From positions 13,075-77,074 of the forward strand of contig NIVC01003781.1 of the NCBI GenBank assembly GCA_002269645.1: a stretch of 64,000 nt of DNA, read 5' to 3'. Shown piece by piece: positions 58,344-64,000 of this stretch; position 1 is the stretch's first letter, and every line of letters begins with the position of its first letter. The notes beneath the pieces are model-generated. The model had not been told where the DNA came from. It saw only the letters and a program-made list of their open reading frames with translations, and ran no database searches. This DNA comes from Macrostomum lignano. Lineage: Eukaryota. Made by a program: the position numbers and the translations under genes.

Positions 58344-60158
58344 TGCGCTGAAGCCGGGCTGCAGTCAGGCTGCAAACTGGAAGGCGGAGCAGTGAAATAC
58401 AGTAAAACAAATTTGAGAAGCAATGAGAGAACTGTGACTGCTTGCATTTGAGTTCAGTAGCTTCTGGAACTATTTTCTACCAATATATTTGTTAACAGCA
58501 CAACTGCTCAGGGTAAACAGATGGAGTAACTATGGCTGTATTAAATAACCAAAATGCCTCGTCATCTAATTAGTAGCTCGTAGTGAGTTCAAGCGAGCGC
58601 TTCGCTCATTCTGTGCTTTTCTGTCGTTTCATGGCGCCATCAGATGCTGAGTGACGCGCTTTTCCAAGAGTTCAACTACTACTCTTAGTAATAAGCTAGG
58701 CTCCAAGTCATCAGCGAATAAAGAAAACAACCGAGGCCGCACAAGCGAATTTCGAGTGCACAAAAATACAGAACTTTATCAACGAAATTCTCCAGTCTAA
58801 TTGGAACTTTGGTATCTTAAAAGATGTGACAATCAACAATAAAGTTTCTGCGAAAAAAACACTTTATAAATCTGTGTTTGGGTGGGGATTTTAGAGTGAC
58901 CGTAGCAACAGGAGACTTGATTTACTGAGGATTTTCATAATTGCTGACTTCCAGACAGGGGATTGTCAGACAACAGTTAAAGTCGGAGAAACATCAGCAG
59001 AGATAAAATAAATGAATACATTTTATTGCAAGTTGCTGCAATTACTGCAGACCCCAGCCGGCATGAGTAGTGGGGGGCTGACAACACAAGTAGGCTAGAA
59101 GCCAATAGCGGGAGAGCAGCGAATGCTGACTGGTTGAAACAATCAAGCAGGGGCACATGTGCTATTGAACTACTCACAATTCAGTAGTATCTCTCTTACC
59201 GCTCGAGCCGCGCCAGCCAATGTGCATTATCGCCCGCTAGCAACTACTTTCTCTACGCACTACTTACTGGCCAGCAAGTAGCAAATAAAGAAAATCAGCA
59301 CATAAACGGAAGTGCCCATCAAATTAGTTGCAAAAATCAATAGCAAAGTTGCGCCCTAAAATAGGAACAATAAAAAGCATAATTAAAATATTGAGTACGC
59401 GCTAGAGGACTAGAAGACCAACAACAGCAAATTGATTGCAAAATAAGACCATTTCAGGGAATCCTGAAGCGGAGCTGTCAATGACCCCAGATTAATTCAC
59501 CAAACTGACGCTTTTTGAATAGCAGATTGAAAACCAGCCGCTACTAGACTACTCAATAAGTAGCGTGCAACGCTTTTTTAAATCTAAAAATAACGGGAGT
59601 GGGTCGAATTGAAAATCCAAAATAGCAAATTCACCGCCGGGACAGTCGGGGTCGTCAAAAATTGTAGCGAATAAAAATACTGCCTAGCAACTAGTAGCAC
59701 TCGACTCGCAGCTGACACGAAAGCGCACAGAGAGGCGACTATTGACACAGTGACTGGCAAAGCGAAGGGCAGGCGCAAAAGTACAGCTGGACAAAGACTT
59801 CAAGAGCTCTATAAGAAACAACACGCGCGCACACTTCTGCACACCTGCCGCGAACATGCAGTCTGAGAGCGGTTCCAACAGCCAGCAGCTGGGCAGAAAT
59901 GCACTGAAAAAAGCGGCAAAAACGGCGACAAAGAAGAACAACAAAGAGCGGCGAGTGTCACGCCAGGCCGAGCGCTGGGCAGAGGCGGCCGCAGCCGCTC
60001 AGTAGTGCCGGGTCACGCGGGTCAGGGAGAGCCTCTGGAAAGGGGGGGCGGTCGGTTGAGTCAGCGGGTGAGCACAGGCCACTGAGAGCTGCTCAGCTCA
60101 CAGCAAACAAATCAATTCGGAATTGCGAGTCCAGCGCTGCGAAGCAGAAATAAATGAC

Positions 60159-61544
60159 ATGCACTGTTGGCGCTGTGCTCTCCTCATCAGTCTTGGGTTA
60201 GTGGATTCTGAACTGCAAGCACGTTCTGAACTGCAAGCACATTCGGAACTGCAGGCACATTCTGAACTGCAGGCACATTCTGTACTGCAAGCACATTCGG
60301 AACTGCAGGCACATTCTGTACTGCAAGCACATTCTGTACTGCAAGCACATTCTGTACTGCAAGAACATTCGGAACTGCAAGCACATTCGGAACTGCAAGC
60401 ACATTCGGAACTGCAAGCACATTCGGAACTGCAGGCACATTCGGAACTGCAGGCACATTCAGAACTGCAGGCACATTCGGAACTGCGAGCACATTCGGAA
60501 CTGCAGGCACATTCAGAACTGCAGGCACATTCAGAACTGCAGGCACATTCAGAACTGCAGGCACATTCAGAACTGCGAGCACATTCGGAACTGCAGGCAC
60601 ATTCGGAACTGCAGGCACATTCTGTACTGCAAGCACATTCGGAACTGCAAGCACATTCGGAACTGCAAGCACATTCGGAACTGCAAGCACATTCGGAACT
60701 GCAAGCCCATTCGGAACTGCAAGCCCATTCGGAACTACAAGTACATTCGGAACTGCAAGCACATTCTGTACTACAAGTACATTCGGAACTGCAAGCACAT
60801 TCGGAACTGCAAGCACATTCGGAACTGCAAGCACATTCGGAACTGCAAGCACATTCGGAACAGCAAGCACATTCGGAACTGCAAGTACATTCGGAACTGC
60901 AAGCACATTCTGTACTGCAAGCACATTCTGTACTGCAAGCACATTCGGAACTGCAGGCACATTCTGTACTGCAAGCACATTCGGAACTGCAGGCACATTC
61001 GGAACTGCAAGCACATTCTGAACTGCAGGCACATTCGGAACTGCAGGCACATTCGGAACTGCAAGCACATTCGGAACTGCAAGCACATTCGGAACTGCAG
61101 GCACATTCTGTACTGCAAGCACATTCGGAACTGCAAGCACATTCGGAACTGCAAGCACATTCGGAACTGCAAGCACATTCGGAACAGCAAGCACATTCGG
61201 AACTGCAAGTACATTCGGAACTGCAAGCACATTCTGTACTGCAAGCACATTCTGTACTGCAAGCACATTCGGAACTGCAGGCACATTCTGTACTGCAAGC
61301 ACATTCGGAACTGCAGGCACATTCGGAACTGCAAGCACATTCTGAACTGCAGGCACATTCGGAACTGCAGGCACATTCGGAACTGCAAGCACATTCGGAA
61401 CTGCAAGCACATTCGGAACTGCAGGCACATTCTGTACTGCAAGCACATTCGGAACTGCAGGCACATTCGGAACTTAAGTTGTATTCTGTGCCGAAATTTG
61501 CAATGCATTCAATAAATCAGATTATGTTTCTGTCAACAGAATAA
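60159..61544 (+). repeat. 18-bp minisatellite (GCACATTCGGAACTGCAA)n, about 70 units, possibly a CDS for a secreted (AHSELQ)n protein
   Basis: Repeat spans about 60207-61472; in-frame ATG at 60159 with a hydrophobic leader; 324-bp higher-order duplication (marker CAGCAA at 60861 and 61185). The repeat is certain; coding status is not. Confidence 0.9.
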
Positions 61545-62084
61545 TTTAAAATATCCGGAAGAAACATAAACATAAACGGCCCATTAGACAAATTAATGCA
61601 TGCAAAACCACAGCGTGCTACTGTCAGTAGTTCGAGCAATCAGTCCGAAATAGCACAGCACTGTTAGGCCTCCCAGTGAATGGGAGCAGCTGACTAACCT
61701 CAACCATTCCGGCTGAAAACGAGGGAGGGCGAAGAGTCGGAGTGGAAAATGCAATGAAATTCGCATTCGGGAGTCATATCGATTGCTGCGGCTTCCAAGG
61801 TGCAAGTTACTAAGCAGCGGTGCGTGGCTAACTATGGACTGGCGCGCATAAACACGATAAGCATTGGAACTGGCTGAGGTGGGGAGAGGCGTGCCCGAGA
61901 CAAAAGAGAGAATCACAATAACTCTACACCGAAGCAATGGCCACTTTTATTAGAAACTTTGCTGCAACAAAGCAATATCCAACTGCTGTAGGGTTGCCTT
62001 GCTTAAACAGAAAATTTTACTGTTGATCTGCGACAACAGCGCGACTTTGTGCTACCAACTCTATCTGCAATATGCCACCCGCAG

Positions 62085-62690
62085 TGGCTCTCCGCTGCCC
62101 CCACTGACTGCCCCTTCAGGCTCTCCGCTGTCCCCACTGACTGCTCCTTCAGGCTCTCCGCTGCCCCCACTGACTGCTCCTTCAGGCTCTCCGCTGCCCC
62201 ACTGACTGCCCCTTCAGGCTCTCCGCTGCCCCCACTGACTGCCCCTTCAGGCTCTCCGCTGTCCCCACTGACTGCCCCTTCAGGCTCTCCGCTGCCCCCA
62301 CTGACTGCCCCTTCAGGCTCTCCGCTGCCCCCACTGACTGCCCCTTCAGGCTCTCCGCTGTCCCCACTGACTGCTCCTTCAGGCTCTCCGCTGCCCCACT
62401 GACTGCTCCTTCAGGCTCTCCGCTGTCCCCACTGACTGCCCCTTCAGGCTCTCCGCTGCCCCCACTGACTGCCCCTTCAGGCTCTCCGCTGCCCCCACTG
62501 ACTGCCCCTTCAGGCTCTCCGCTGTCCCACTGACTGCCCCTTCAGGCTCTCCGCTGTCCCACTGACTTGCCCCTTCAGGCTCTCCGCTGTCCCACTGACT
62601 GCTCCTTCAGGCTCTCCGCTGTCCCACTGACTGCTCCTTCAGGCTCTCCGCTGTCCCCACTGACTGCTCCTTCAGGCTCTCCGCTGCCCT
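62085..62690. repeat. 32/33-bp minisatellite (CCCCCACTGACTGCCCCTTCAGGCTCTCCGCTG)n
   Basis: Direct reading; indels break the frames. Confidence 0.96.
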
Positions 62691-63159
62691 TTAAGACACC
62701 TAGCAGCAAATACATTTGAACCGAACAAAAACCCAGACGACATGCACACAACAGGAATATAATTAGACAGCCACGTCAAGGCCATCATATCCTGGAGCTG
62801 GCAGCCTTAATCTTAGCTGAGGGCCTACCTTCAATTCTCACAACTGTCACTGCCATCATCCTCTGGAATGGTGTCTGGATCTGCTGGTTAGAGGAGCAAG
62901 CGATCAGGGCATGGCAGCAGAATTATTGAGAACTAAATCGCCTGCCATACTGAAGCTGTTAGTAATGTAAATTTTTATATGCAAAAGCGCTGAAGATGTT
63001 GAATAACTTGTTCTTTGAGGGCTTGGCAGGTCAAGTTTGATCTTAGCTTAAAGAAAATTGTTAGCACTGGCGCTAGTAAATATAGCACATATACTATTAA
63101 CCGTACATGGAATTTTAGTAAATTAGAAGTAAGCACCTGTTAAGTTATTATAGTATCTG

Positions 63160-63295
63160 AGTCCATAGCAACGGAAGACCATTGGGTCAGGCCAGTTGCT
63201 ATAGTATCTGAGTCCATAGCAACGGATGACCATTGGGTCAGGCCAGTTGCTATAGTATCTGAGTCCATGGCAACAGAAGACCACTGGGTCAGGTC
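63160..63295. repeat. 60-bp tandem repeat x2.3
   Basis: GTTGCTATAGTATCTGAGTCCATAGCAAC...CATTGGGTCAGGCCA repeated. Confidence 0.85.
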
Positions 63296-63321
63296 AGCTA
63301 TAAAACCCTGGAGATGCTCAC

Positions 63322-64000
63322 CCTTCCTAACAGCCTGCCCGCCGCCGCCCGTGGTTCGAACCCTTCGCAGGCCGGAGCCGCCACCAGCGTCCAGAGCCTC
63401 GCCGCCGTCGCAATCAGCTTCGTCAACGTCGATATCGTCGAAATCGACACCCTGCGGATCGAAGGCGCTCGGCGGCCGGCGCTGCTGCTGAAGCTGCTGG
63501 CGAGTCTGCCGATTGAACGAAGACGACGTCGAGGACGCCTCGACGCGACTGTTCAGGCTGACGTGCAGGGCGGCGGTCATCAGGAACTGCCGATCTCCGC
63601 CACCCCAACGCCGCCGCCACCACCGCTGTCGGGCGATTGCAGCTCGGCGCTAGCAAACTGCTCAGCGGGGCCGAACACCACCTCGGCGCTGTCGATCAGC
63701 GCCTTGGCCACCAGCTTCTGGTGCCCGTAGTCCAGCACCTCGCTGAGGCTGGCGGTGCCGCTGGCCGCCTGGGCCGCCTCCTGGCGCGGCCGCAGCACGG
63801 TGGGTGCGAACACCAGCGCCAGGTTCTGCGAGCTCATCTGGTTGTCGGCCTGTCGGTCGGCCACGCGGGCCAGGTGGTGGAACAGTGCGCCGGCCAGCTG
63901 GCGGTTGGCTCGCGGCAGCCTGGCGACCAGCGCGGACAGACGGGCGGGGTCGGCGCCGTCGCGGCCGGCCTCGATGAAGTCTGAGTACAGCTCGCCAGTG
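63322..64000 (-). CDS. RhoGAP-domain protein, 3' part (begins beyond the window end)
   Basis: TGELYSDFIEA...LPRANRQLAGALFHHLARVA...NQMSSQNLALVFAPTVLRP is the RhoGAP C-terminal half. GC3-rich coding continues past an apparent 1-base frameshift at 63603-63606; GTGAGC donor candidate at 63321. Confidence 0.82.

Noticed and set aside
58896-58909. X-box-like GTGACCGTAGCAAC upstream of WASHC3
   Set aside because: About 550 bp from the ATG, single and imperfect; could be chance.
61999-62402. SGSPLPPLTAP repeat ORFs
   Set aside because: 32/33-bp unit variation breaks the frame; non-coding minisatellite.

Overview
Eukaryotic (animal) genomic DNA: GC-rich, mostly intronless coding islands among AT-rich spacers, transposons and about 20 unrelated minisatellites. 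The style resembles a free-living flatworm such as Macrostomum (inference, not verified). Genes: SPEF1 (minus, partial); an isolated Neurexin-IV/CASPR-like last exon (plus); an array of secreted PAN/apple + C-type-lectin genes at 8.3-24.0 kb (4 intact, 1 frameshifted, 1 fragment); a single-exon AMPA/kainate-type glutamate receptor; a single-exon LRR transmembrane receptor lacking TIR; a divergent alpha-tubulin; WASHC3/CCDC53; and the 3' part of a RhoGAP. Mobile DNA: a very young, compact 4.3-kb Gypsy element, an RNase-H LINE 3' fragment, Gypsy and DIRS/Ngaro relics, tRNA-derived SINEs and MITEs. Best leads: (1) the lectin paralogues are mosaics of variable modules joined by near-invariant blocks, with RFX X-boxes upstream of two copies and an orphan cassette, suggesting gene-conversion-driven diversification; (2) the glutamate receptor has Asn at the Q/R site and an altered SYTANLAAF gate; (3) an 18-bp repeat may encode a secreted (AHSELQ)n protein. 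Three ORFs break at short homopolymers and are each fixed by one added base, probably assembly errors.
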